Shown piece by piece: positions 9,296 through 22,158 of a stretch of DNA of 64,000 bases. A program made the position numbers and the translations under genes. The stretch's first letter is position 1. Every line of letters begins with the position of its first letter. Under the pieces are notes generated by a model. That model was not told the origin of the DNA and did not search any database. It saw only the letters and a program-made list of their open reading frames with translations. Source of the DNA: Gammaproteobacteria bacterium (lineage in GTDB: Bacteria > Pseudomonadota > Gammaproteobacteria > Steroidobacterales > Rariloculaceae); contig OY761822.1 in NCBI GenBank assembly GCA_963664945.1, forward strand, positions 406,080 through 470,079, given 5' to 3'.

Positions 9296-10184
9296 TGAGA
9301 CGGGGCCTCATCATCGCGTAGCCACGCCCGCTCAACTCCAGATTTCGCGCGAGCTTCTTGGCGAGCACTTCGAGACGGCTCCGAAAATAAGCTCGTTCAG
9401 ATTCATTTGTGAATGCGGTCGGCGCAGCCAGTATCACGTCCGCGTAATACTTGTTTTCACCGTTGATGCCGCTTTGGCGGATTGGTGGACAGGTCATTAT
9501 GTATGCTCCGCTCAAATTCGCCCGCTGAAGCTCGTCGAAACGCCGACCGACCGGATTGAACGGGTCCAGGTTCAGGGCAAACAGCAGGACCGCAGAGCAT
9601 TGCGCGATCTTCCCCATCATCGGGAGAATGCTTTCGGCCCGGTTGTAGCCATTTCCGTTGGGCTTCAGGAAATCGGCATAGGGATCGATCATGATCAGAT
9701 CCTTGCCCGATGTCTCATGTTGAATGACTTCAAGGGCGTCATATGCGTCATATGCGTCGTATGCATCCGAACCTGCAAGCGCAGGGAACTCATCTTCGAG
9801 CATCTTCACTCCCGAGTTTCGAAGCCTGTTCCGGCACCCTTCGTCGCGGTCGGAAGCGACAACGGACAGCCGACCGCCAAACCGATCTCCCATCTTCTGC
9901 GCCAACTTCCGCGCCAACATTCCGCTGCCATAATATCTGCCGAAACTAACGTCGGGCTGGGCCTCATGAAGAGCGCATCCGGACAAACCGTTGACGCGCT
10001 TGATTATTTCTTCACCTACGCCGGTACGGCAAGGCTCTCCCCCGAACAAATCGAGAAAACGAATCGGCTTAGCGGAGCGGAAAATCAGCGACGCGCGAAG
10101 AAATTCGGCAAGGACGCCGTGCTTTAGAAGGTCTCCGGCGTTCCCCATATCGTAGCGAAGAGATGTCTGCCCGGAATTGCCCAT
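9261..10184 (-). CDS. RlmJ-like (DUF519/RsmJ-fold) putative N6-adenine methyltransferase
   Basis: YDMGNAGDLLKHGVL, PIRFLDLFGG, YYGSGMLA and LIMIDPYADF are collinear with E. coli RlmJ motifs (HAGN.ADVLKH, LYLDTHAG, YYPGSP, ILIDPPYE). Start uncertain (10184 or 10148). The track ORF extends to 10502. Confidence 0.6.
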   Translation of the reverse strand: MGNSGQTSLRYDMGNAGDLLKHGVLAEFLRASLIFRSAKPIRFLDLFGGEPCRTGVGEEIIKRVNGLSGCALHEAQPDVSFGRYYGSGMLARKLAQKMGDRFGGRLSVVASDRDEGCRNRLRNSGVKMLEDEFPALAGSDAYDAYDAYDALEVIQHETSGKDLIMIDPYADFLKPNGNGYNRAESILPMMGKIAQCSAVLLFALNLDPFNPVGRRFDELQRANLSGAYIMTCPPIRQSGINGENKYYADVILAAPTAFTNESERAYFRSRLEVLAKKLARNLELSGRGYAMMRPRLIEVDRKTNSCD

Positions 10185-10594
10185 TCGGTAAAGCGCCGCT
10201 GTTCGGAGGCCCGGCGAGACTGCGCTCGACGGTGGATGTCCACGTGCAATTGTAACGCGTGACCGCCCGCACCCGGGGGATACGATGCGGCGGCGAGTGT
10301 TCCTGCCCGACGGGCGTGGACACTCATTCTGGGAGAGCAGGATCACTTGGGAAATCATGGGGACACGCCGCCCCGAAGTCCCTGAAAGAAAATAAATCAA
10401 TGACTTGCACATTTTCCATACAAGGTCTCCCGACAGACCGCCGTGTCGAGTGAGTCTCCCCAAGGTGTTCAAAAGACCGAACCCAAGGCTATCCGGCCCC
10501 ATTTCTCGGCGAATCGCCTCGATAGAAAGGCTGACCTGCCACCGCTTTTTCGTGGACCATCGCGGGCTCTGCTATCATTTTGAATGGATGTCCA

Positions 10595-10921
10595 ATGAGC
10601 GACGCCATGGCCGCGGCGAAGTGAATCGACGACCTGAAAGAGGCGGGCCTCAGTTACGATCAGGCCCGCATTCTGGTCGAATTCATTGTCCGCTCGCAGG
10701 AACACCTCGCGACCAAGGAAGACATCAAAGCGCTGGAAAACAGAATCGGCGGCCTGGAGGTCAATATCGCTGCCCAAGGCGTCAGGATTGACTCTCTGGC
10801 GGTCGAAATGAAGGCTTTCGAAGCAAAATTCACCCGCCAACTGTATGTGTTCGGATTCGGCATCGTCGGATCGATGATCGCCATCATGGGCCTGTTCCTA
10901 TCCTTGCAGATGCCCGGCTGA
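10595..10921 (+). pseudogene. DUF1640-like coiled-coil/TM protein with in-frame TGA at codon 10
   Basis: Own translation: MSDAMAAAK*IDDLKEAGLSYDQARILVEF..LATKEDIKALE.. followed by a C-terminal TM segment. TGA at 10622..10624. Absent from the ORF track because no Met follows the stop. Confidence 0.5.
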
Positions 10922-10962
10922 ATCCAGAGGGCACGATTCACCGACCGGTTCACGCAGGGATA

Positions 10963-11364
10963 CTACAGCTTCCTCGCGTTAGGCAGCGCGGCCATCTTTC
11001 GATCCAGCGTGAAAACCTCCAGGTCCGCGCGATCGTAGCCGTTCGCGATCAGCCGGTCGAACAGACCCGGCTTGCCGGTTGCCATAAGTGCTTGAATGAC
11101 CGCTCTGCCGTTCAGTGGGCGTACCAGCCCGCTATCCTCCAGGAGCATATACAGGGCGGACTTGGCATCGCCCGTGGAAACGCCATAATGATGCTGGACC
11201 GCGATATAGGTTTCGCCGATCACCTGATTGGATGCGAAAAATTCGTAATCCCGCTCATCCACCAGCGAGGCCAGCTTCGCAACGCATCGTTCGTATTCGG
11301 GTCGCGGATCCCTTGTAAGCAACCTGACCAGGACGGAAGTGTCAATCCCGTAACGCCGGATCAT
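10963..11364 (-). CDS. vapC: PIN-domain toxin (VapC family)
   Basis: MIRRYGIDTSVLVRLL.. is a PIN N-terminal acidic motif. 133 aa. Overlaps the upstream antitoxin gene. Confidence 0.8.
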   Translation of the reverse strand: MIRRYGIDTSVLVRLLTRDPRPEYERCVAKLASLVDERDYEFFASNQVIGETYIAVQHHYGVSTGDAKSALYMLLEDSGLVRPLNGRAVIQALMATGKPGLFDRLIANGYDRADLEVFTLDRKMAALPNARKL

Positions 11365-11584
11365 GCGCTTGCTTCCGAAACTCAGCCAGATCGAACGTGC
11401 CTCGCCCCCGCTTGATCTTGTCGTGCAAAGCGCCTACGCGGGAAAGGTCTACTCGCCGTGGCCGAAGAATGAAGCCTTCATCGCCCTCCACCAGTTCCAG
11501 CCGATCGCCTGGTCCGACGCCCAGCGCGTCAAGCACACGGGCGGGAAACGTAACTTGCCGCTTGGAGGTTATCTTTACAACCAC
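11342..11584 (-). CDS. vapB: AbrB/SpoVT-type antitoxin (VapB)
   Basis: ..KITSKRQVTFPARVLDALGVGPGDRL.. is a swapped-hairpin AbrB motif. GTG 11584 lies 6 nt after AAGGAAG. The TTG 11602 start in the track is less likely. Confidence 0.75.
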   Translation of the reverse strand: MVVKITSKRQVTFPARVLDALGVGPGDRLELVEGDEGFILRPRRVDLSRVGALHDKIKRGRGTFDLAEFRKQAHDPALRD

Positions 11585-11660
11585 GACCTGCTTCCTTACC
11601 AAATTTTAAATTGTTGTAAGGAACCTAGTTGAAACTAAGCGCCCGGTCAACCCGCTCGGT

Positions 11661-11714
11661 GGAATTCATCCGCCGCCCCCGGCCAGCCGCCAGGACCACG
11701 ACGGTGAGCGGCAT
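11661..11714 (-). pseudogene. remnant of a second glmU 5' end (18 codons)
   Basis: Encodes MPLTVVVLAAGRGRRMNS, then diverges and stops. Compare ..PVTVVVLAAGQGRRMNSS of the intact glmU. Both copies share GGAATTCAT at the homology breakpoint (8850 and 11661). Confidence 0.7.
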
Positions 11715-11743
11715 GGCCCGAACACGATCCGAAACGTTGCGCA

Positions 11744-12076
11744 TCAATCGAATTCCAGCCGGGCAGGACCCTTGGACAACCAATCTTCTCCCCCGAAGGC
11801 GACAAGCGCGATATAGAGGCATTGCGCGCTTGTATCCGGCCGAAAAACAATAGTGATCTTGTAATCCCACCCGCCGTGGCGCACCGGCCAGCCTTCGAGC
11901 GAAGCGGACAGGCGAACCCCCGAAAATGGGTTTCCCGCGATGTCTTTCAGCAGGTCGTCGATTTCATCGAGCCGACGCTCTGCCGCGGCAACGTTTCCAT
12001 CTGTGGCCTCCACGATGTGCTCGGCTATCGCGATGATGTCCTGCTCGACCAGCGGATGCCGAACCTGACGCATCAC
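11744..12076 (-). CDS. parE: ParE/RelE-family toxin
   Basis: 110 aa. Size, position (GTGATG overlap with the upstream antitoxin stop) and the ..W.YKI.Y(F)R.. pattern fit ParE. Confidence 0.7.
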   Translation of the reverse strand: MMRQVRHPLVEQDIIAIAEHIVEATDGNVAAAERRLDEIDDLLKDIAGNPFSGVRLSASLEGWPVRHGGWDYKITIVFRPDTSAQCLYIALVAFGGEDWLSKGPARLEFD

Positions 12077-12366
12077 CCCCGCAAAGCTTTGTCTTTCGAC
12101 TCGGCGAGCTTTTGCAGATGGCGCCGAGCGCCCCTGGTCACTTCATCGAGCGCGCCGACGGGTACCCACTGGTCGACAGGCAGGCGCAGGCGGCGTTCAA
12201 CTTCGGCGCCCAGAAGCATCCGCTCCCGTTCGCGGACCGCCTTTGCGCGTGCGAGTTCTCCGGATACCGCCGCGCTGACATTCGCGTATTCGCCCTCTTC
12301 GACCAGTTGCCGCGCAAACGCGAACGCCGATTCGGTGAAGGAGACGCTCTGTTTGTGGACAGCCAT
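12073..12366 (-). CDS. parD: ParD-family (ribbon-helix-helix) antitoxin
   Basis: MAVHKQSVSFTESAFAFARQLVEEGEYANVSAAVSGELAR.. is ParD/COG3609-like. ATG 12366. The longer track ORF runs into atpC. Confidence 0.7.
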   Translation of the reverse strand: MAVHKQSVSFTESAFAFARQLVEEGEYANVSAAVSGELARAKAVRERERMLLGAEVERRLRLPVDQWVPVGALDEVTRGARRHLQKLAESKDKALRG

Positions 12367-12514
12367 GAACGGCTCCCTTCGACTCGGTGCTCTATTGGCG
12401 CACCATAGCGCAGAGGCGCGCTTCCCGCAATCGCCGCCGCTTGCAGCCAAAGCGCCGTTCGAGCGGCAAGCTTCTTGCGCCTGACCGCCGCAATATGCGT
12501 CCCGAACCGTCGCC

Positions 12515-12931
12515 TCAGCGCTTGCCCCTGAGCTTCTCGGCCGCGCGGTATCGGGCTTCGGCCTCGACGAGTTCCCGTTGCGCCTGTTCCAGGCCGATCT
12601 CGCCGTGGCGGCCTTCCAGCGCTTCGCGGGCACGCTCGCGCGCCGCCAGCGCCGCGGCCTCATCGAGATCCTCCGCGCGTGCGGCGCTGTCCGCCAGCAC
12701 CGTCACCAGCCGGGGCTGCACTTCCAGAACGCCGCCGGTCACGAAGAACAGCCGTTCCTCGCCTTCGGGTGGCTGGACGCGCACTTCGCCGGGCTTGAGA
12801 TACGTCAACAAAGGCGCGTGGCGCGGTGCTATCCCGATCTCGCCCAGCGCGCCGGGGGCAAACACCATCCGGGCTTCGCCGGAAAAAATCGCGCCTTCGG
12901 CGCTGACGATCTCGACCTGAATGGTGGCCAT
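12515..12931 (-). CDS. atpC: F0F1 ATP synthase subunit epsilon
   Basis: MATIQVEIVSAEG.IFSG... Last gene of the atp operon. Confidence 0.95.
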   Translation of the reverse strand: MATIQVEIVSAEGAIFSGEARMVFAPGALGEIGIAPRHAPLLTYLKPGEVRVQPPEGEERLFFVTGGVLEVQPRLVTVLADSAARAEDLDEAAALAARERAREALEGRHGEIGLEQAQRELVEAEARYRAAEKLRGKR

Positions 12932-13084
12932 GACAAAGACTCCAATCAGCGCGAACCGTCAAACGGGCCGACACGCACCTGAAATGCCGCGACAATTGCG
13001 TTTCGCACCATCGCCACAATTGCTCTCGACCGCATCGCCATGTCCCCGCAGGCGTCCGCCCAGCTCCTCCGAGTCGCCACGGAC

Positions 13085-14497
<1,413 letters not shown>

Positions 14498-15358
14498 CTA
14501 GACGGCTGCCGCGCCGCCGACGATCTCCGATATCTCCTGGGTGATCGCCGCCTGGCGGGCCTTGTTGTAGACCAGTTGCAGCTGATCGATGAATTTCCCC
14601 GCGTTGTCCGTGGCGGCCTTCATCGCCACCATCCTGGACGCCATCTCGCAGGCCACGTTTTCCACCGCGCCGCGATACACCTGCGCTTCAAGATAACGCT
14701 CCAGCACGTTGTTCAGAAGCTCGGCGGCATCGGGCTCGTAGATGTAGTCCCAGTGGTCCTGCAGTTCTTCGGCGTCCACCGGTTCCACCGGCACCAGCGT
14801 GCTGATGGTCGGCGCCTGGGTCATGGTGTTGACGAAGTCGTTGTAGACCAGGAACAACCGGTCGATCGTCCCGTCCTTGTAGGCGTTCGTCATGGTGGTG
14901 ATCGGGCCGATGAGATCCGCCACCCTGGGCACGTCGCCCAGGTGCGTTGCCGCCGACACGATGTTCGTCTTAAGCCGGCGGAAAAACGCCAGCCCCTTGG
15001 CGCCGAGAATGCACAAGTCGGCTTCAACGCCCTGGCCCTGCCAGCGGCCGATGTCATTGAGCAGCGTGCGGAACAGGTTGACGTTCAGCGATCCGCACAG
15101 GCCCCGGTCGGTGGTGACCACCAGGTAGCCGACCCGCCTGATCGCCCGCGTTTTCAGGTAGGGATTGTGGAAATCGGGACCGGCCTGGGACAGATGGCCG
15201 ATCACGCGGCGAATACTTTCCGCATAAGGCTTGGCGGCGTTCATCCGGTCCTGGGTCTTGCGCAGCTTGGACGCGGCCACCATTTCCATCGCCCGCGTGA
15301 TCTTCTGCGTGTTCTTCACGCTGTTGATCTTGGTCCGGATTTCCTTGCCGACCGCCAT
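14498..15358 (-). CDS. atpG: F0F1 ATP synthase subunit gamma
   Basis: [31 protein letters not shown]... Confidence 0.97.
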   Translation of the reverse strand: MAVGKEIRTKINSVKNTQKITRAMEMVAASKLRKTQDRMNAAKPYAESIRRVIGHLSQAGPDFHNPYLKTRAIRRVGYLVVTTDRGLCGSLNVNLFRTLLNDIGRWQGQGVEADLCILGAKGLAFFRRLKTNIVSAATHLGDVPRVADLIGPITTMTNAYKDGTIDRLFLVYNDFVNTMTQAPTISTLVPVEPVDAEELQDHWDYIYEPDAAELLNNVLERYLEAQVYRGAVENVACEMASRMVAMKAATDNAGKFIDQLQLVYNKARQAAITQEISEIVGGAAAV

Positions 15359-15416
15359 TCAGTTCTTCCTCGAGACCCGCCTTCGGTTCCTGGTGTCGTG
15401 TCCCACAAGTACGTGA

Positions 15417-16958
15417 CTAATACGCGCCCGACGCCTTGAATTCGTCGAGCAGCGCCTTGAGGCCGGCCCGGATTTCGTCATCGTAGGCGCCGGTACTGTC
15501 GATCTTCGCCATCAGGTCCTCGGCATTGGCCCGGGCGTGGGCGTGCAGTGCCGATTCGAAGGGCACGACATTTTCCACCTCGACATCGTCCAGGTAGCCC
15601 TCGTTCACGGCGTACAGGGCTATCCCCATCTCGGCCACCGACATCGGCGCGTACTGGGGCTGCTTCATCAATTCGGTGACCCGCTGGCCGCGCTCCAGTT
15701 GCCGCCGGGTGGCCTCGTCGAGATCGGAGGCGAACTGCGCAAAGGCGGCCAGCTCGCGATACTGCGCAAGGGACAGGCGGATGCCGCCGCCGAGCTTCTT
15801 GACGATATCGGTCTGGGCCGCGCCGCCCACGCGCGACACCGACAGCCCCGCGTTGATGGCCGGCCGGATGCCGGCGTTGAACAGGTCCGTCTCCAGGAAG
15901 ATCTGCCCGTCGGTGATCGAGATCACGTTGGTGGGCACGAAGGCCGAGACGTCGCCCGCCTGGGTCTCGATGATCGGCAGCGCGGTCAGCGAGCCGGTCC
16001 GGCCCTTGACCTCGCCCCCGGTGAATTCCTCAACGTAGCGCGCGTTGACCCGTGCGGCACGCTCCAGCAGGCGGGAATGCAGGTAGAACACGTCGCCCGG
16101 ATATGCCTCGCGGCCGGGCGGGCGCCGCAACAGCAGCGAGACCTGCCGATACGCCCAGGCCTGCTTGGTCAGGTCGTCGTAAATGATCAGCGCATCCTGG
16201 CCACGGTCGCGGAAGTACTCGCCCATGGCGCAACCCGCGTAGGGCGCGATGTACTGCATGGCCGCCGATTCCGAGGCGGAAGCGGCCACCACGATGGTGT
16301 GCTCCATGGCGCCTTCCTGCTCCAGGCGGTTGACCACATTGGCCACCGTGGAATTCTTCTGGCCGATGGCGACGTAGATGCAGACAATGTCGCCGCCGCG
16401 CTGATTGATGATGGCGTCGATGGCGACCGCGCTCTTGCCGGTCTGGCGGTCGCCGATGATGAGTTCCCGCTGGCCGCGGCCGATGGGCACCATGGAGTCG
16501 ATGGATTTCAATCCGGTCTGGACAGGCTGGGATACCGATTGACGGTCGATCACCCCCGGCGCCACCTTCTCGATGGGCGACGATTCCACGGTATCGATGG
16601 GGCCCTTGCCGTCGATCGGGCTACCCAGCGAGTCCACCACCCGCCCGAGCAGCGCCTCGCCCACCGGCACTTCCAGAATCCGGCCGGTGGTGCGAACCGT
16701 GTCGCCCTCGCGGATGTGCTTGTACTCGCCGAGGATCACGGCGCCGACGGAGTCCTGTTCCAGGTTGAGCGCGAGGCCGAAACTGCCGCCCGGAAACTCG
16801 ATCATCTCACCGTACTGGACATCGGCCAGGCCGTGGATGCGGACGATGCCGTCGGTCAACATGACCACGGTGCCGACATCGCGCGCCTCGGCCCTGGCAT
16901 CGAAGTTCTCGATGCGTTGCTTGATGAGTTCGCTGATTTCCGACGCTTTCAATGCCAT
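15417..16958 (-). CDS. atpA: F0F1 ATP synthase subunit alpha
   Basis: Starts [16 protein letters not shown] (ATG 16958). GDRQTGKS Walker A. Confidence 0.97.
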   Translation of the reverse strand: MALKASEISELIKQRIENFDARAEARDVGTVVMLTDGIVRIHGLADVQYGEMIEFPGGSFGLALNLEQDSVGAVILGEYKHIREGDTVRTTGRILEVPVGEALLGRVVDSLGSPIDGKGPIDTVESSPIEKVAPGVIDRQSVSQPVQTGLKSIDSMVPIGRGQRELIIGDRQTGKSAVAIDAIINQRGGDIVCIYVAIGQKNSTVANVVNRLEQEGAMEHTIVVAASASESAAMQYIAPYAGCAMGEYFRDRGQDALIIYDDLTKQAWAYRQVSLLLRRPPGREAYPGDVFYLHSRLLERAARVNARYVEEFTGGEVKGRTGSLTALPIIETQAGDVSAFVPTNVISITDGQIFLETDLFNAGIRPAINAGLSVSRVGGAAQTDIVKKLGGGIRLSLAQYRELAAFAQFASDLDEATRRQLERGQRVTELMKQPQYAPMSVAEMGIALYAVNEGYLDDVEVENVVPFESALHAHARANAEDLMAKIDSTGAYDDEIRAGLKALLDEFKASGAY

Positions 16959-16983
16959 GTGATTTCCTCTTGCCCGCGCCAAG

Positions 16984-17538
16984 TCAGGCGGTCAACGCCC
17001 CGGCGAGTTCGGCCAGCCGGGTCCTGACGGAACCGTCGATCACCTGGCCCTCGGCCTGGATGACGGCGCCGCCGAGTAATTCGGGGTCTTGCTGTAATTC
17101 GAGTTCCACGGCCCTGCCCAGCTTCTGTTCCAGGGCCGAGCTGATTCGGCTGACCACGGCCGGCTCCACGCCGGCGGCGGTGATCAATTGCACCTTGACG
17201 GTATTCTCCGCACGGGCCTTCAGCGCGTCGAACCGCGTGGATATTTCCGGCAGAACCTCGAGCCGGCGATTCTCGGCGAGGAGTCGAAGCAGGTTGCGGC
17301 CGTGCCCGGAATCCAGCGCGTTGCCCTCATCGGCGTCGGCGCAGACCGACAGCAGGAAAGAAACCCGCGCCGCGTTGTCGAGTTCGCGCCTGGCCAGAAA
17401 CGCCCTGGCGTCGGGATTGCCTACCACGCCGGCCACGCCGCGCAAGGCCTCCGACCAGCCGGACAGGCTGTCATTTTCCCTGGCCAGTTCGAAGATCGCG
17501 CGGGCGTACGGCCGCGCCAATGTCCCGGTTTCAGCCAT
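16984..17538 (-). CDS. atpH: F0F1 ATP synthase subunit delta
   Basis: ..[13 protein letters not shown].. is an OSCP/delta signature. Operon position fits. Confidence 0.93.
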   Translation of the reverse strand: MAETGTLARPYARAIFELARENDSLSGWSEALRGVAGVVGNPDARAFLARRELDNAARVSFLLSVCADADEGNALDSGHGRNLLRLLAENRRLEVLPEISTRFDALKARAENTVKVQLITAAGVEPAVVSRISSALEQKLGRAVELELQQDPELLGGAVIQAEGQVIDGSVRTRLAELAGALTA

Positions 17539-17565
17539 GGCTACACTTCCGCTCCACGCCCGCCG

Positions 17566-18036
17566 CTAAAGCTCCGCGGCGAGACGGTCGAGCAGCTCAC
17601 GATGCGCCTCGGGGTCGATTTCGCGGGCCAGCACCTTTTCGGCGCCCGCCACCGCGATGACCGCCACCTGGTTGCGCAGTTCGTCGCGCGCCCGGTTGAC
17701 TTCCACGTCGAGCTCCGCTTGGGCGCTTTCGAGCCGCTTGCGCTTCTCATCCTCGCCCTCGGAGCGGGCCTCATCGACGATGCCGGCCGCCCGCGCCGAA
17801 GCCTTGTTGAGGATGTCGCGCGCCTGCTCGCGGGCCGCCGCGATGATGGTCTGCGCCTCCGCTTCGGCGGACTCCAGGTCGCTGCGCCCCTGTTCCGCAG
17901 CGGCGAGGCCGTCGGCGACCCGCTGCTCGCGCTCTTCCATGGCCTGGATGATGAGCGGCCAGATGTAGGTCATGGTGAACCACACCAGCAGGGCGAATAC
18001 CAGCATCTGTACGAACAGTGTGACGTTGATACTCAC
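17566..18036 (-). CDS. atpF: F0F1 ATP synthase subunit b
   Basis: N-terminal TM segment followed by a long charged coiled coil. Operon position fits. Confidence 0.93.
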   Translation of the reverse strand: MSINVTLFVQMLVFALLVWFTMTYIWPLIIQAMEEREQRVADGLAAAEQGRSDLESAEAEAQTIIAAAREQARDILNKASARAAGIVDEARSEGEDEKRKRLESAQAELDVEVNRARDELRNQVAVIAVAGAEKVLAREIDPEAHRELLDRLAAEL

Positions 18037-18076
18037 GGTTTACCTCCGGGGACGATGTCGGCTTCGTCCAGATTGA

Positions 18077-19692
<1,616 letters not shown>

Positions 19693-19875
19693 ATGCAGAC
19701 CGTGTGCCCGTAAAATTCCGCTGCATCGGATAAAGAAAAAGCCACACCCGAGGCGTCGCTTCTGGGAGGAATTTCTACTGCCTGAACGCCGCCGGTATCC
19801 TATAGATTTGTCGGCCCGCGATCAAGGCGAGCCGGGCCACTGTCCGGGATGGTCGAGGATGCCCGCCAGGATCGT

Positions 19876-20766
19876 TCAGGACCTTGGGCTGCGCCCCAGT
19901 TGCTCGATAATCCCCTCCAGCTCATCGACACCGTGATAGCGAATGATGACCCGCCCTCCCCTGGCGCGGTGGTCGATCCGGACCGTAGCGCCGAGCCGGT
20001 CGCTCAACCGGGTTTCCAGGCGCCGCACATCCGGGTCCCGGGCTGGCGCTGGCGGCTGCTTCTTCGCGGGCTGCGCCAACCGGTTCACGGCGCGTTCGGT
20101 TTCACGCACGCTCCAGCCCTGCTGAGCGGCGCGCCTGGCCAGGGCCACCAGCGCCTCGGGGTCCTCCAGCGCCAGCAGGGCTCTCGCATGCCCCATGTTC
20201 AGCGACCTCCCCTCGACCATCTCCTTGACCTCGTCGGGCAGTTCCAGCAACCGCATCAGGTTGGTCACGGCCGCTCTTGAACGACCGACCGCGTCCGCGG
20301 CCTCGGCATGGGTCATATCGAATTCGTTCACCAGGCGCCTCAGCGCCCCGGCTTCCTCAAGCGGATTCAGGTCCTCCCGCTGCATGTTCTCGATCAGCCC
20401 GACGGCCACCGCCGCGCGATCGGGCATGTCCCTGACGAGGGCGGGGACCGCGTCGAGACCGGCCATTTGGGCGGCGCGCCAGCGACGCTCCCCGGCGACA
20501 ATTTCGTAACGGGTTTCGGCTCCGCCTTCCAAGGCGTTCAAGGGACGTACGATGATGGGCTGTACCAGGCCCTCGGAGCGGATCGAGTCCGCCAACTCCT
20601 GAAGCGACTCCTGGCGCATGTCCACGCGCGGCTGGTAGCGGCCCCGTTCCAGGAGGTCGACGGGCACTTCGCGAAGACCATCCTGCGCGTCGGGCTGCGA
20701 TGCCACCGGTTCGGCGCCCAGCAGCGCCTCCAGGCCGCGGCCGAGGCTTTTTCGCTTAGGCCGCAT
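19876..20766 (-). CDS. parB: chromosome partitioning protein ParB
   Basis: KRKSLGRGLEALLG N-terminus, the GERRWRAA box and an HTH. Confidence 0.95.
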   Translation of the reverse strand: MRPKRKSLGRGLEALLGAEPVASQPDAQDGLREVPVDLLERGRYQPRVDMRQESLQELADSIRSEGLVQPIIVRPLNALEGGAETRYEIVAGERRWRAAQMAGLDAVPALVRDMPDRAAVAVGLIENMQREDLNPLEEAGALRRLVNEFDMTHAEAADAVGRSRAAVTNLMRLLELPDEVKEMVEGRSLNMGHARALLALEDPEALVALARRAAQQGWSVRETERAVNRLAQPAKKQPPAPARDPDVRRLETRLSDRLGATVRIDHRARGGRVIIRYHGVDELEGIIEQLGRSPRS

Positions 20767-20916
20767 CGTTCACCGAAGCCGGTCGCGAATACAACGAGGC
20801 CTTGAGGAGGCGGATATCGCGGCAATCGGGTGAGGCAGGCGAGTTGGCCATGTGTTCCTCTCGTCGGCGGGAGCAGGCGCGAGTCATTGTATCGCAAGCC
20901 TGCCTGCGAGCGGCGT

Positions 20917-21696
20917 TCAAAGTGTCGCCGGCACCGCCTCGCGGCGGTTGATTTCACCGGCCAGCGCCAGGTAGGCCAAAGCCCCCGCGGAGGACTTGTC
21001 GTGATAGAGCGCGGGCTTGCCGAAACTGGGCGCTTCGGCCAGGCGCACATTGCGCGGAATCACGGTTCGGAACACTCCGTCGCCGAAATGTTCCAGAAGC
21101 TGGCTGGATACCTCCCTGGTCAGGTTGGTCCTGCCGTCGAACATGGTGCGCAGGATGCCGTGAATCCGCAGCGCCGGATTCACGCTGCGGCGGATCTCCT
21201 CCACGGTCTCCAGCAGCGCCCGCAGCCCTTCCAGCGCCAGGTATTCGCACTGAATGGGTATCAGGACGCCCGTGGCAGCCGCCAGGGCGTTGAGAGTAAG
21301 CATGTTGATAGCGGGCGGGCAATCCACCAGCACGTAGTCGTAGTCCTCTTTCAGCGGCGTGAGGATCTGCTTGAGCCGCCGCTCGCGCCCGGGGTGGGTA
21401 AGGAGCCTGACTTCGGCCACGGTGAGATCCTGATTGGCGGGAAGCACGCCGAATCCTCCCACGCTTGCGGCCCGAACCGCTGCGGACGCATCGCCTTCAC
21501 CCAGGAGCAGGTCGCAGACGGTGACCTCCATGTCCTCCCGGTCCACGCCGCAGCCCACCGTGGCATTGCCCTGGGGGTCCATGTCCACCACCAGCACCCG
21601 CCGGCGCGTGGCGGCCAGGGACGCGGCAAGATTGATGCAGGTGGTGGTCTTGCCCACCCCGCCCTTGCGGTTGGCTATGGCGATGATCTGTGCCAC
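20917..21696 (-). CDS. parA: chromosome partitioning ATPase ParA/Soj
   Basis: (V)AQIIAIANRKGGVGKTTT deviant Walker A. GTG 21696 preferred over the longer track ORF. Confidence 0.93.
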   Translation of the reverse strand: MAQIIAIANRKGGVGKTTTCINLAASLAATRRRVLVVDMDPQGNATVGCGVDREDMEVTVCDLLLGEGDASAAVRAASVGGFGVLPANQDLTVAEVRLLTHPGRERRLKQILTPLKEDYDYVLVDCPPAINMLTLNALAAATGVLIPIQCEYLALEGLRALLETVEEIRRSVNPALRIHGILRTMFDGRTNLTREVSSQLLEHFGDGVFRTVIPRNVRLAEAPSFGKPALYHDKSSAGALAYLALAGEINRREAVPATL

Positions 21697-22158
21697 GGAA
21701 CCCAAGCCCTTTAGCTTGCGCCACAGGATGAGTCGCGGTCGAAAAAGTCGCGCGGACGGGTGACGAAATCGATCGAGAGAATACGGAAAATGAAGCACCG
21801 GTCACGATTCGGCCGCGCCCAGGCTGGACGCCGTCCCGTGCGCGGAACACAAATCTGTAGAGTCTGCGAACAAATTCGGGATTGATTCTGCGGCCAGTCC
21901 GGCATAATTTCATTCCTCATCCTGTTGCGCCTTGTATGGAACATACGTAACTCATTGATTTACGTCCGCGCAATGTTCCTTCCGCGACAGCGGGGCAGCG
22001 TGTTGCGCCGCCGTGGCACGCTTTAGCTTTTGCATGTTCGACTCCGCATATCTTCGCAAGCCGTCCTTCTCCTACAGCGGTATGATGAACCAAGCGGCCT
22101 GCGCCCGTGTGCCTAAATGGCGGAGCTGGTGGGCGCCGCCATCCAAAGGAGACCAAAG

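Noticed and set aside
10622-10624. Selenocysteine or programmed recoding at the in-frame TGA of the DUF1640-like gene
   Set aside because: I saw no SECIS-like hairpin immediately downstream and there is no selenoprotein precedent for this family. A nonsense mutation or sequencing error is the simpler explanation.
10405-10791. 128-aa plus ORF in the islet
   Set aside because: The translation is Arg/Gly/Pro-rich with no motifs. The alternative frame gives a convincing DUF1640-like protein (10595..10921), so this ORF is treated as spurious.
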